Notes: generated from the letters alone by a model not told the origin. Numbered from the stretch's first letter, positions 49,647-59,968 are shown. The stretch is DNA of 64,000 nucleotides from an uncultured Endomicrobiia bacterium (GCA_937928765.1 CALFVX010000003.1:128081-192080); one strand, 5' to 3'. Made by a program: numbers and translations.

Positions 49647-51040
49647 TGATTAAAAAAATTTTTATAATATTTTGTGTTATAATTTTAAAAACAAGCATAA
49701 TTTTTGGGATTTATGTTTCAGAATATTCGTTTGTAGGTTATCCTCAGGAAAGTAGTGTTGTTTTTTTAAATCCAGCGACAGCAGGAAACTTAGTCAATAT
49801 TAATTTAGATATGAGTTATGGTATGATTTTTAAAGGTTTAATTGAAGAAAATTTGTACAATACAGAGTTTTCTTTAAGCTATAATATAAAAAATAATTTT
49901 TTTGGTAGCTTAGGATTTAGAGAACTTGTCTTGCAAGATATTTTTTCTGAAAATTTGTTGCTAGGAAGTTTTGGGATTAAATTACTTAATGAAAAAATTT
50001 TTGTTGCTTTTAGTTTTAAATATTATATTTTTAAATATTTTTATGATGAATATTATTTAGAAGATGTTTTAGCGGAAAATAATTTAGTAGTTAATAATAT
50101 AGATTTTGGATTTTTATGGAAAATTAAAGAAGATATTTTTTTCTCTTTCGGTGTGCTGAACTTAATTAATAATTCTTTAGGTAAAGATATAAAATATTCT
50201 CTACCGCAAAACTATGTTTTAGGTTTAGGATATAGATATTATACAACAATATTTAATTTTGAATATCATATTGTAAAAAATATTATAGATCAAAAAATTT
50301 TAAATGATAATAATTTAAAAATATGTCTAAAACAAGAAATGTTTTATACAAACAAGATATCGATGTATTTAGTTTTTGAAGTAAACAAACAACAAAATTT
50401 TGACAGTTTTGTTTTAGCTGCAGAATTAAGATTTTTACAAAATAATTTAGGATTAAGATACTTTTGTGTATATCCTTTAAGTCTTGTTTCACAAAAAGAG
50501 TTTTTTGGTAATCATTATATAAATTTTAATATAAGTTTAGCTAAAAAATCTATAAGAGAACATAGATTAGAAAAAGAAAAAGTTAATATTTTAGAAAAGC
50601 CAATAGTTAAAAAAGATGAAGAAATTGTTGTTGTAGAACCCAAAAAGGAAGTTTATTTTGATAGTGAACTACAAAAAATAGAAGTGTCTGTTGATAATAA
50701 GACAGAAATTTTTGAAGAAAAACAAAAAAAAGAAGAAGTTAAAAAGAAAGATTTAGAATTAGAAGAAAATATACAGGTTATTAAACCAGAGGTTAAAATT
50801 GCAACAAAAACAGTACATATAGAAGTTATTAAAAAAGAGCAACAACTATACAAACAACAAAAAGAAAGATATAAGTTTCCTTTAGCTCATAAAGTTTCAA
50901 AGGGTGAAACCTTGATTTCTATATCAAAAAAGTATTATAATAATGAAAAAGGGTGGAAAAAAATTTACGAAACAAATAAAGAGAAAATTATCAAAGGGGT
51001 TCCTATAGTTGGAGAAATATTGATTATACCAGAACCATAG
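49646..51040 (+). CDS. PorP/SprF-like membrane protein fused to a C-terminal LysM peptidoglycan-binding domain
   Basis: N-terminal signal/TM then FLNPATAGN (PorP/SprF NPAxAG motif) and a beta-strand-rich segment of about 300 aa, a K/E-rich linker, and the C-terminal LysM (HKVSKGETLISISKKYYNNEKGWKKIYETNKEKI...GEILIIP). The start overlaps the preceding stop (TAATG). Confidence 0.55.
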   Translation: MIKKIFIIFCVIILKTSIIFGIYVSEYSFVGYPQESSVVFLNPATAGNLVNINLDMSYGMIFKGLIEENLYNTEFSLSYNIKNNFFGSLGFRELVLQDIFSENLLLGSFGIKLLNEKIFVAFSFKYYIFKYFYDEYYLEDVLAENNLVVNNIDFGFLWKIKEDIFFSFGVLNLINNSLGKDIKYSLPQNYVLGLGYRYYTTIFNFEYHIVKNIIDQKILNDNNLKICLKQEMFYTNKISMYLVFEVNKQQNFDSFVLAAELRFLQNNLGLRYFCVYPLSLVSQKEFFGNHYINFNISLAKKSIREHRLEKEKVNILEKPIVKKDEEIVVVEPKKEVYFDSELQKIEVSVDNKTEIFEEKQKKEEVKKKDLELEENIQVIKPEVKIATKTVHIEVIKKEQQLYKQQKERYKFPLAHKVSKGETLISISKKYYNNEKGWKKIYETNKEKIIKGVPIVGEILIIPEP

Positions 51041-51247
51041 TTTTATTTTAGAAATAGGTATTAAGTATTTTAAACCATTTGAAATTTTCATAAAAGAATA
51101 TTGAAAGAAAAAATAATTTGTTATTTTTCTCTACTTAAGAGAAGATAAAGAAGCGTTTATAATTTCACATCTAATTTTAATTTTTTTTCTTAATAGTAGA
51201 AATCTATAAAAAAGTTGAAGCAATTTTAAACTTAAGGAGCAAACTTT

Positions 51248-52204
51248 ATGTTTGATGATGAAGAAAAATTTTATACTTGGGATGAAATAGAAAAAGAACT
51301 TTCAGAACTTGAACTTCAGTATGGTGATAAGGATGATGTGATGCAAAGTCTTATTACACCGTCTGTATCAGCATACTGGAGAAGAAAACTTGAAGAAGAA
51401 AAAATTCTGTACGAAAAGATATTGCAAACAAAAGAAGAAGAAAAAAAACAAATAATTTTAAAATTACAACAGCAAGAACAGATAATAGAAGAACTAAAAA
51501 AACAGATTGAAAAAATAGAGCGTGGCGAATATGAAAAACTTAAGGATAAGTTTGAAGAATTGCGCAGCAAAGAGTTAGAACTTGAAAAAGAGAAAGAAAA
51601 ATTGGTTTGGCAACAACAGATACAAGGACTAGAATATGATAAAAAGATTATTGAAAAAGAAGTTGAACGTGCAAAACAAGAATTTGAACAACAAAAACAA
51701 GAACTTCTTGTATATTATAATAGACAATTTAATTCTTTACTTGAAGTACAAAATCAACTTTTAGAAGAGACAAGTAGGCTTGAACAAGAATTAGACAAAG
51801 TTCTTTTTACAGCAAAAAAAGAAGTTGAAAAATTTGGTTCAGAAAAAGATTTGATATTAAAAGAATTAGAAGATTTAAAAGTTGTAGTTGATAATTTAAA
51901 AAGAGAGAAAGAAATTTTGATAAATGAAAAAAATTTGTTGTTAAGAAATATTGAAGATATTAAAAAACAGAATATTGTAGATAAGAAAAAGATTGTATCA
52001 GATATTTCTTATAACATAAAGAATTATATTAACGAAATTAGAAGTTTATGTGGTTTAATTATTGGGGCAATAAATTTTGTGTCTAGACATCATAAATATA
52101 AAAATTCAGTAAAATTTCATTATGAACTAATACTTAATTCTATCCAACGAATATTAAGTATTCTAGATGAGATTGCAAAGTTTGTTGTAGAATACCAGGT
52201 TTAA
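51248..52204 (+). CDS. coiled-coil protein with a possible DHp-like C-terminal helix pair
   Basis: 318 aa. E/K/Q-rich heptad repeats throughout. The C-terminal NEIRSLCGLIIGAINFVSRHHKYKNSVKFHYELILNSIQRIL is weakly HisKA-like; no ATPase domain. Confidence 0.45.
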   Translation: MFDDEEKFYTWDEIEKELSELELQYGDKDDVMQSLITPSVSAYWRRKLEEEKILYEKILQTKEEEKKQIILKLQQQEQIIEELKKQIEKIERGEYEKLKDKFEELRSKELELEKEKEKLVWQQQIQGLEYDKKIIEKEVERAKQEFEQQKQELLVYYNRQFNSLLEVQNQLLEETSRLEQELDKVLFTAKKEVEKFGSEKDLILKELEDLKVVVDNLKREKEILINEKNLLLRNIEDIKKQNIVDKKKIVSDISYNIKNYINEIRSLCGLIIGAINFVSRHHKYKNSVKFHYELILNSIQRILSILDEIAKFVVEYQV

Positions 52205-52208
52205 TTTT

Positions 52209-53375
52209 ATGCAGAAAATATTGATAATCAGTTTCAAAGAAGAACCACAATCTTTCCTGCCACAAAAATTTATCTCAGAATTTCAAATAAAAATTGTCCA
52301 TGAAAATTATTCTTTTAAACAGTTGATTGAAGAAATTATAAAATTTAAACCGCAGTTGATAATTGTAAATGAATTTATTCCTATAAAATCTTTAGAAAAA
52401 ATTTGTAAAATATATAATTTTATACCTATATGTTGTATAGGGAAAATTGAGGAAGAAAATAAGTTAGAAAAATTTTTAGAATTAGGTATTACTTTGATTA
52501 AGATTCCAAAAAGTGAAGATGAAATTGTTTCAACAATAAAAAATGTTTTATGGTTTTCTTTAGCTAAAGAAGAATTGTGGTCTAAAGAGTACGAATTGGC
52601 AAGATATGAAAAAAAGAAAGATAAAATTTTTTCAATTTTAAAATATTCTTCTATTTTTTTTGTTTTAATTTTTTTATTTTTTATATCATCAAAAGTATAT
52701 AATTATGTTTTAAAACCTAAAGAATTGTTTAATCTTGTAGAATTCAAATATATTAAACCATCAGATATAACTATTGTTGGAGATAAGTATATAATAAATG
52801 ATTGGACAGTAAGAAATTTTTTTGAATATTTACAAAACAATGACAATATGGTAGGAATGTTAATTGCAGAAAAACAATTTAATAATATTGCTTTTGATAG
52901 CAGAAATCAAGTTCTGTTTGCTTCCTCTGCTTTTGATGATAAAGTTTATCTTTATAAATATCCAGATTTAAGTATTATAGTTTCTTCTTTTACAATAAGT
53001 AATGGTGTAATTTTGTCATTATATGTAGATAATGATATGAATTTATATATTTTAAATAACGAAAAAATTTTATTTGAATTCAAAATTAATGATTTAAACA
53101 AATTAGTTTTTATCTCTTCTTTTACTATACCAAATTTTTTTCCTATAGATATAAATATTTTTGAAGACAAATTTTATTTTCTTGATAACAATAACAATAT
53201 CTGGGTGATGAAAAAAAATGATAATGAGTTTGAAATAGAGAAAGTTATTGTTTTATCATTATATTTCGCAGGTGAAGTTCAACAGTTCAATTCGTTTGCA
53301 ATAGGAGAAAAATTTTTTTATTTGTTAAGTGAAAAAGAAAATAAATTATACAAATTACCAAAAGAAATCTTATAA
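52209..53375 (+). CDS. membrane protein with an N-terminal pseudo-receiver (CheY-like fold, Asp replaced), one TM helix and a C-terminal beta-propeller-like repeat region
   Basis: KILIISFKEE...PQLIIVNEF...IPICCIGK...LGITLIKIPKSEDEIV parallels the CheY beta-alpha pattern with N in place of the phospho-Asp. TM at ILKYSSIFFVLIFLFFISS. Four repeats follow of the type hydrophobic-D-x-x-x-x-hydrophobic-Y-hydrophobic-L. Confidence 0.4.
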   Translation: MQKILIISFKEEPQSFLPQKFISEFQIKIVHENYSFKQLIEEIIKFKPQLIIVNEFIPIKSLEKICKIYNFIPICCIGKIEEENKLEKFLELGITLIKIPKSEDEIVSTIKNVLWFSLAKEELWSKEYELARYEKKKDKIFSILKYSSIFFVLIFLFFISSKVYNYVLKPKELFNLVEFKYIKPSDITIVGDKYIINDWTVRNFFEYLQNNDNMVGMLIAEKQFNNIAFDSRNQVLFASSAFDDKVYLYKYPDLSIIVSSFTISNGVILSLYVDNDMNLYILNNEKILFEFKINDLNKLVFISSFTIPNFFPIDINIFEDKFYFLDNNNNIWVMKKNDNEFEIEKVIVLSLYFAGEVQQFNSFAIGEKFFYLLSEKENKLYKLPKEIL

Positions 53376-53420
53376 CTAAAACTTACCATATCCATCCTTT
53401 AAAGAAAGGAGAAAAATTTT

Positions 53421-54665
53421 ATGTATCTTAAAAAAACAGACATTGAGATTTATGAAGCTATAAAACAGGAATTAGAAAGACAAAGAAATTGTTTAGAATT
53501 AATAGCATCAGAAAATTTTCCTTCGTTAGCAGTGTTAGAAGCCCAGGGTTCTATAATGGGTAACAAATATGCTGAAGGATATCCTTCAAAAAGATATTAT
53601 GGTGGCTGTCAGTACATGGATGTTGTTGAAACAATTGCAGTTGAAAGAGCAAAACTTTTGTTCAATTCAGAACATGCAAATGTTCAACCACATTCTGGCA
53701 CACAGGCAAATATGGCAGTATATTTTGCAGTTTTGAATCCGCAAGATACAATAATGGGTATGCATCTATCCCATGGAGGGCATCTTTCTCATGGTCATCC
53801 GTTAAGTTTTTCAGGTAAATATTATAAAGTTGTTCCTATTAATGTAAAAAAATCTGACCAGTTGATAGATTATAAAGAGTTAAAAGAACTTGCAAGAAAA
53901 CATAAACCAAAATTAATAGTAGCAGGATCATCTTCATACTCAAGAATTATTGAATGGAAAAGATTTAGAGAAATATGTGATGAAATCAATGCATATCTTT
54001 TAGCAGATGTTGCACATTATGCAGGACTTATTGCCGCTGGACTTTATCCTTCGCCAGTTCCTTATGCAGATTTTGTAACTTTCACTACACATAAAACAAT
54101 GCGTGGTCCAAGAGGTGCTATAATTTTGTGTAAGAAAAAGTATGCTACTTTAATTGATAAGATAGTTTTTCCAGGAATTCAGGGCGGGCCTATGATGCAT
54201 ACAATTGCTGCAAAAGCAGTTGCATTAAAAGAAGCAATGTCAGAGGAGTTTAGATTATATCAAGCAATGGTTTTATCAAACGCAAGAAAGTTAGCAGAAA
54301 CACTTGCTAAGAAAGGATATAGAATTGTCTGTGGTGGGACTGATTGTCATATGTTTTTAGTTGATTTAACACCATTAAAGATTACTGGTATCGAAGCGCA
54401 AAATTTTTTAGAATCTGCAGGTATTACTGTGAACAAAAATTCTATACCTTATGACAAAAGACCCCCAGCAGAAACATCAGGAATTAGAATAGGAACACCT
54501 GCAGTTACTTCTCGTGGAATGAAAGAAGAAGAGATGGTAATTATAGGAGAGTTAATTGATAAAGTTTTAAGATCAAAAGGTGAAAAAAAGATAATTTCTT
54601 ATGTAAAAAATAAAATAAAAACATTATTAGAAAGATTTCCTTTATATCCAGATTTGAAATACTAA
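53421..54665 (+). CDS. glyA: serine hydroxymethyltransferase
   Basis: LIASENF...YAEGYP...HGGHLSHG...TTHKT PLP-enzyme motifs. Confidence 0.95.
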   Translation: MYLKKTDIEIYEAIKQELERQRNCLELIASENFPSLAVLEAQGSIMGNKYAEGYPSKRYYGGCQYMDVVETIAVERAKLLFNSEHANVQPHSGTQANMAVYFAVLNPQDTIMGMHLSHGGHLSHGHPLSFSGKYYKVVPINVKKSDQLIDYKELKELARKHKPKLIVAGSSSYSRIIEWKRFREICDEINAYLLADVAHYAGLIAAGLYPSPVPYADFVTFTTHKTMRGPRGAIILCKKKYATLIDKIVFPGIQGGPMMHTIAAKAVALKEAMSEEFRLYQAMVLSNARKLAETLAKKGYRIVCGGTDCHMFLVDLTPLKITGIEAQNFLESAGITVNKNSIPYDKRPPAETSGIRIGTPAVTSRGMKEEEMVIIGELIDKVLRSKGEKKIISYVKNKIKTLLERFPLYPDLKY

Positions 54666-54677
54666 AATATAATTTTT

Positions 54678-55715
54678 ATGACAAAAGTATATTTATTTAG
54701 TTTTCTATTTGCATTTATTTTATCAATTTTTTTAGTACCTTTTTCTAATTTTCTTGCAAAGAAATTTTCTATATATGATAAACCTTCAAAAAGAAAAATA
54801 AATTTTAGAAAACTCACACGTTGGGGTGGATTTGGAATGTTTTTAAGCTTTTTTATTGTAGTTTTTGTTATTTCAAAAATTTTTCCAGAAGTAAAAAATA
54901 TTTTGCAGTATAAGTATAATTTAATAAGTGGGGAGTATCAAGAGACAATTTTTTTATTAAAACAACTTTTAGGCATATTTTTTGCATCTTTACTTGTTGT
55001 CATTGTTGGTACAATAGATGATAAATTTGGGATTTCTCCATTACCAAAATTTTTACTTCAGGTAATTATAGCGTATTGTGCTATAGATTATGGTGTAAGA
55101 ATTTTTGGTATTAATTTTCCTTTTCAAAATAAATTTGTATCATTTCCAAGAATATTAAGTCAAATTATAACAGTTTTATGGTTATGTGGGTTTATGAATA
55201 TGATAAATTTGGTTGATGGTATAGACGGCCTGGCAGCGGGGATTGTTTTTGTTTCTTCATTAACTTTTTTTATAATTTCTATTTTGCAAAAACAAGAAGG
55301 TATTTTAGCTCAACAGATGGTTTTATCTTCAATATTATCATTGATTCTTGCAGGAGTTGTCTTTGGATTTTTAATATACAATTTTTATCCAGCAAAACTT
55401 TTTATGGGTGATACTGGGGCATTATGGTTAGGATTTATTATAGGATGCATAACAACTGTTGGTGTTTTGAAAACAGGTGCTATTGTATCTTTTGTTTTGC
55501 CGATAATCGTTGCAGGTGTACCATTTTTAGATGTAATCTTAGCAATTATAAGAAGAATAAAAAAAGGTGTAAATTTAGGTTTAGCTGATAGACATCATAT
55601 TCATCATATATTACTATCTTCTGGATGGACAGAAAGAGAAGTTGTTTTGTTTTTTTATGTTGTATCACTTGTTTTATCAATAGTTGTTATAACAATAGTA
55701 TCTTTTAGGAGATAA
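54678..55715 (+). CDS. MraY/WecA-family polyprenyl-phosphate N-acetylhexosamine-1-phosphate transferase (WecA/TagO-like)
   Basis: NMINLVDGIDGLAAG and the DDxxG-type motifs; 345 aa, the WecA size rather than MraY. Confidence 0.8.
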   Translation: MTKVYLFSFLFAFILSIFLVPFSNFLAKKFSIYDKPSKRKINFRKLTRWGGFGMFLSFFIVVFVISKIFPEVKNILQYKYNLISGEYQETIFLLKQLLGIFFASLLVVIVGTIDDKFGISPLPKFLLQVIIAYCAIDYGVRIFGINFPFQNKFVSFPRILSQIITVLWLCGFMNMINLVDGIDGLAAGIVFVSSLTFFIISILQKQEGILAQQMVLSSILSLILAGVVFGFLIYNFYPAKLFMGDTGALWLGFIIGCITTVGVLKTGAIVSFVLPIIVAGVPFLDVILAIIRRIKKGVNLGLADRHHIHHILLSSGWTEREVVLFFYVVSLVLSIVVITIVSFRR

Positions 55716-55718
55716 ACT

Positions 55719-57017
55719 ATGAAAAATTTTTCTTTTTGGGAAAAAAAGATTCAAAAAGTTAAAAAAGCATCATATAAGTTTTCTTCTATAGATGAAAGTA
55801 TAAAAAATGAAATATTGAAAGAAATAAAAAAACAGATAACCACATCAAAAGAAAAAATTTTTTCTGCGAATAATAAAGATGTAATTTTAGCAGGAAGAAG
55901 TGGGATTTCTAAAGCTGTTATAGATAGATTGATATTAAACGATAAAAGAATAGAAGAGATGATTAATGCAATAGATACAATTTTATCATTGGAATCTCCT
56001 GTTAATAAAGTTATAAAAATGTGGCAAAGAAATTTAAAAGAAAACAATAATTTTTTAGTAAAAAAAATAACAGTACCTATTGGTGTGATTTTAATGATAT
56101 ACGAATCAAGACCTAATGTTACTGTAGATTCTGTTGCTTTATGTATAAAATCAAACAATTGTGTAATTCTTCGTGGGGGAAAAGAGACAATAAATACAAA
56201 TAAAGTTTTAGTAGAGATTGTAAATAATAGTATAAACAAAATTTTAAAAAAGTCTAATTTTGAGTTTAGTAAAGATATTGTTTTATTTATTGATAACCCT
56301 TCATATGATCTTTTGTATAAAATTTTGTCATTAAAGCATTATATAGATTTAGTCATTCCTCGTGGAAGTGAAAAAATGGTTAATATAATTGAAGAAAAAT
56401 CTTTGATACCTATTTTGTCTCATGGTAGTGGAGTTTGTCATACATATGTGGATAAAGAAGCAGATATAGATGTTGCTTTAAAAGTGTGTTTAAATGCGAA
56501 AGTACAAAGGCCTGCTGTATGTAATGCAATGGAGAAACTTTTGGTACACAAAGATATAGCAGAAAAATTTTTACCCAAAATGGCTAAGATATATATTGAG
56601 CACAATGTAGAAATTCGCGGATGTAAAAAAACAAAAAAGTTGTTAAATAAATATGGTATAAAGATAAATTTAGCAGAAGAAAACGATTGGTACAAAGAAT
56701 ATTTAGACTATATTTTGGCAATAAAAATTGTTGATGATGTAGATGAAGCAATAAATCACATAAATTATTATGGTTCACATCATTCTGATGCTATTATTAC
56801 AAAAAATGTTTCTTTACAAAAAAAGTTTGAGCAAGAAGTAGATTCTTCTGCTATATTTATTAATTCATCTACACGTCTTCATGACGGGGGTGTATTTGGT
56901 TTTGGTACAGAAATAGGTATTTCAACTTCTAAACTTCATGCAAGAGGTACCATGGGGTTAAACGAACTTGTAACAACAAAATATATTGTTGAAGGCAATG
57001 GTGCTATAAGAGTTTAA
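55719..57017 (+). CDS. proA: gamma-glutamyl phosphate reductase
   Basis: IYESRPNVTVDSVALCIKSNNCVILRGGKE aldehyde-dehydrogenase-type ProA motif. Confidence 0.9.
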   Translation: MKNFSFWEKKIQKVKKASYKFSSIDESIKNEILKEIKKQITTSKEKIFSANNKDVILAGRSGISKAVIDRLILNDKRIEEMINAIDTILSLESPVNKVIKMWQRNLKENNNFLVKKITVPIGVILMIYESRPNVTVDSVALCIKSNNCVILRGGKETINTNKVLVEIVNNSINKILKKSNFEFSKDIVLFIDNPSYDLLYKILSLKHYIDLVIPRGSEKMVNIIEEKSLIPILSHGSGVCHTYVDKEADIDVALKVCLNAKVQRPAVCNAMEKLLVHKDIAEKFLPKMAKIYIEHNVEIRGCKKTKKLLNKYGIKINLAEENDWYKEYLDYILAIKIVDDVDEAINHINYYGSHHSDAIITKNVSLQKKFEQEVDSSAIFINSSTRLHDGGVFGFGTEIGISTSKLHARGTMGLNELVTTKYIVEGNGAIRV

Positions 57018-57032
57018 TATATTAAAAATTTT

Positions 57033-57632
57033 ATGAATAGAAATCTAAACAATAAAATAATTCTTTTCGGAGGAACTTTTGATCCACCACATTATGGACA
57101 TTTAATTTTAGCGCAATATGCAAAAGATTTTTTAAATGCAGAAAAAGTTATTTTTATTCCATGTTATAAACCACCACATAAAATTAATTATAAACTCACT
57201 CATTACAAACATAGGTTGAATATGTTAATTTTAGCTACAAAAGATAATAAATATTTTGAAGTAAGTAGATACGAGATAGAAAAAAAAGGTACTTCTTATA
57301 CTTACCGTACTGTTAATTGGTTTTACAAAAAATATAAAAAAAGACAAATTTATTTTTTAATAGGACTTGATTTGTTGATAAATTTAAATACATGGCAGAG
57401 ATGGCAACAAATAATTAAAAAAGTAATTTTTTTAGTAGGACAAAGAATTATTGATAAAAATTATAAAAAATTACCTGAAGAAATTTATGAAAGGATTTTG
57501 TGTTTTGATTCACCAGTTATTGAAATCTCTTCTACAGAGATAAGAAACAGAGTAAAAAAATCCTTATCAATAAAATATTTTGTTCCCGAAAGTGTAGAAA
57601 AATATATAATAAGTAATAAATTGTATAAATAA
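57033..57632 (+). CDS. nadD: nicotinate-nucleotide adenylyltransferase
   Basis: LFGGTFDPPHYGHL (H/T-x-G-H nucleotidyltransferase motif), directly after proA. Confidence 0.9.
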   Translation: MNRNLNNKIILFGGTFDPPHYGHLILAQYAKDFLNAEKVIFIPCYKPPHKINYKLTHYKHRLNMLILATKDNKYFEVSRYEIEKKGTSYTYRTVNWFYKKYKKRQIYFLIGLDLLINLNTWQRWQQIIKKVIFLVGQRIIDKNYKKLPEEIYERILCFDSPVIEISSTEIRNRVKKSLSIKYFVPESVEKYIISNKLYK

Positions 57633-57656
57633 AACTTTCTAAAAAATTGGCAGAAA

Positions 57657-58856
57657 ATGAAGTTGAAGCATATAATTTTATTATTTTTAATTTTTGTAAT
57701 TTTATTTTTTTCCTATATTAGTCAAAAAAGTGTATTTATTTTAAATAATGTTAATCAAAAAAGAACAAATTTTCTTTTGCTAGGAGTAGATTTTGTAGAT
57801 AATGCTGTTCATTCTGACGCTATAATATTATTAAGTTATGATCATAAATCAAGATTGTTAGATATAATTTCTATTCCTCGGGATAGTTATGTTGATATTC
57901 CTGAGTTAAAATACAAAAAAATAACTGAAGTTTATGCTTATTTTTATAAAAAAACAAAAGATAAACTTTATTCAGCAAAAATGTTAAAAGAAGTTTTAGA
58001 ATCAAAAATTTTTTCTTATGGAGAAAAAAAAATAAGTATTCCATATTATATAGTTATTGATTATGATAGATTTAAAAAGATGATTGATACAATAGGAAAA
58101 ATAAAAATTTTTGTTACAGAACCAATGCATTATGACGATTATGCTGGGAATCTTCATATCCATTTTGATCGTGGAACATATTATATGGATGGTGAAGAAG
58201 TATTAAAATATGTAAGATACAGAGATATAAAAGGAGATATTGGAAGGATTAACAGACAACAGCATTTTATTAAAAGTTTATTAGAAAAATTATTTTTACC
58301 TATTAACTGGATAAAATTGCCAATTCTAATAGCAAATTTTAAAAATTTTTTTATTACTAACATAAGTTATTGGGAAATGTTGAATATGATTTTAGAATTT
58401 AAAAATTTAAGATTTACAAATTTTCGTTTTTCCTTTCTTTCAGGTAAACCAGTGGGTAGATATTTAGAACTTAATAATGAAGAAATAATTGGTTTAATAA
58501 ATTATTTTACACAATATTATGGTGATTATCAAAATATAAAAGAAGATAAAAGAGTACTTATAAAAGTATATAATGCTTCAAAAAATCAAAAAATTGCAAA
58601 ACAAGTTGCAATGTTGTTAAGACAAAAAGGATATGATGTTTTAGACTGGGGGAATTGGTATTCCTTATTACCAAAGAGTAAAATTATAGATTATGGCTAC
58701 AATGTAAAAATTTTAAACGATTTATGCAATTTCTTAAACATATACGAAATTTCAACAATTTATTCGCAAAAATTTAATTCTGAAGACAAAAATTTAAAAA
58801 CAGATATAATAATTATTTTAGGAGAAGATTTTCAAATTAGTAAATTATCACTTTAG
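57657..58856 (+). CDS. LytR-CpsA-Psr (LCP) family cell-envelope phosphotransferase
   Basis: TM anchor, then LLGVDFVDNAVHSDAIILLSYD...ISIPRDSYVDIP LCP core, and a C-terminal LytR_C-like domain. Confidence 0.8.
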   Translation: MKLKHIILLFLIFVILFFSYISQKSVFILNNVNQKRTNFLLLGVDFVDNAVHSDAIILLSYDHKSRLLDIISIPRDSYVDIPELKYKKITEVYAYFYKKTKDKLYSAKMLKEVLESKIFSYGEKKISIPYYIVIDYDRFKKMIDTIGKIKIFVTEPMHYDDYAGNLHIHFDRGTYYMDGEEVLKYVRYRDIKGDIGRINRQQHFIKSLLEKLFLPINWIKLPILIANFKNFFITNISYWEMLNMILEFKNLRFTNFRFSFLSGKPVGRYLELNNEEIIGLINYFTQYYGDYQNIKEDKRVLIKVYNASKNQKIAKQVAMLLRQKGYDVLDWGNWYSLLPKSKIIDYGYNVKILNDLCNFLNIYEISTIYSQKFNSEDKNLKTDIIIILGEDFQISKLSL

Positions 58857-58896
58857 AAAATTTAAAAAAATTTCTAAAAAGGAGAAAAAAATTTTT

Positions 58897-59955
58897 ATGG
58901 AGATGATAAATATACTAACCACAGCTGTACAACATGGTGCTTCTGATATACACATTGTTATTGGTAAACCTCCGATGGCGAGAATAAGAGGTGAAGTTGA
59001 AGAATTAGATTTTCCAGCAATTACAGCAGAAGAAAGCAAAAAGTTGATTTATTCTGTTTTATATGATGAACAAAAAAAACGCTTTGAAGAAGAACATGAA
59101 CTTGATTGTTCTATTCAGATAACAAAAGTTGCACGGTTTAGAGTTAATGTTTTGCTACATAAATATGGAGTAGAGGCCGTATTGCGGGTAATTCCGTCTG
59201 TTATACCCACGCCTGAAGAAATAGGTTTAACTAACGAAATTGTGAAACTTACAGATTTACCTCGAGGATTAGTTTTAGTTACAGGAGCTACAGGGTCTGG
59301 TAAATCTACTACATTAGCTTGTTTAATTGAGTTAATAAATCAAAAATATAAAAAACATATCTTAACTATTGAAGATCCTATAGAATTTATTTATGAAAAT
59401 AAAAGATCTATTATAAGACAAAGAGAAATAGGTGTACATACAAAAACTTTTCACACTGCATTAAAATATGCTTTAAGACAAGATCCGGATGTAATTTTGG
59501 TAGGCGAGATGCGCGATTTAGAGACAATTTCAGCAGCATTAACTGTTGCAGAAACAGGACATTTAGTTTTTGCGACATTGCATACTCAAGATGCAGCACA
59601 GACAATTGATCGCATAATAGATGTTTTTCCATCCCATCAGCAACAACAAGTACGAATTCAGTTAGCATCTACACTTAAAGCAGTAATTTCTCAAGTTTTA
59701 CTACCAAAAAAATCTTTCCCAGGAAGAGTTGCTATAAGAGAGATAATGATTGTAACAGCTGCGATTTCAAATCTTATTCGTGAAGGGAAAACACACCAGA
59801 TTTATACTGCAATAGAAACAGGTGGAAAGTTTGGTATGATAAGTTTAGATAAAGCTTTAGTAGATGCTGTAAAAAAGGGTTTAATAACGCAGGAAGATGC
59901 TATTTCTAAAGCACAAAATCCTGAAAATGTTCGTAATCTATTAAATTATTTATAA
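58897..59955 (+). CDS. pilT: type IV pilus retraction ATPase PilT
   Basis: ASDIHI...LVTGATGSGKSTTLA Walker A, the DPIEF Asp box, GEMRD and His box (ATLHT). Confidence 0.9.
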   Translation: MEMINILTTAVQHGASDIHIVIGKPPMARIRGEVEELDFPAITAEESKKLIYSVLYDEQKKRFEEEHELDCSIQITKVARFRVNVLLHKYGVEAVLRVIPSVIPTPEEIGLTNEIVKLTDLPRGLVLVTGATGSGKSTTLACLIELINQKYKKHILTIEDPIEFIYENKRSIIRQREIGVHTKTFHTALKYALRQDPDVILVGEMRDLETISAALTVAETGHLVFATLHTQDAAQTIDRIIDVFPSHQQQQVRIQLASTLKAVISQVLLPKKSFPGRVAIREIMIVTAAISNLIREGKTHQIYTAIETGGKFGMISLDKALVDAVKKGLITQEDAISKAQNPENVRNLLNYL

Positions 59956-59968
59956 AAGAGGAGAACTT

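Noticed and set aside
51100-51150. Hairpin TTCTCT-ACTTAAG-AGAGAA in the 51.0-51.25 kb spacer as a possible terminator after the PorP/LysM gene.
   Set aside because: The stem is short (6 bp) and AT-rich, and it is followed by TAAAGAAGCG rather than a T-tract, so it is not convincing as an intrinsic terminator.
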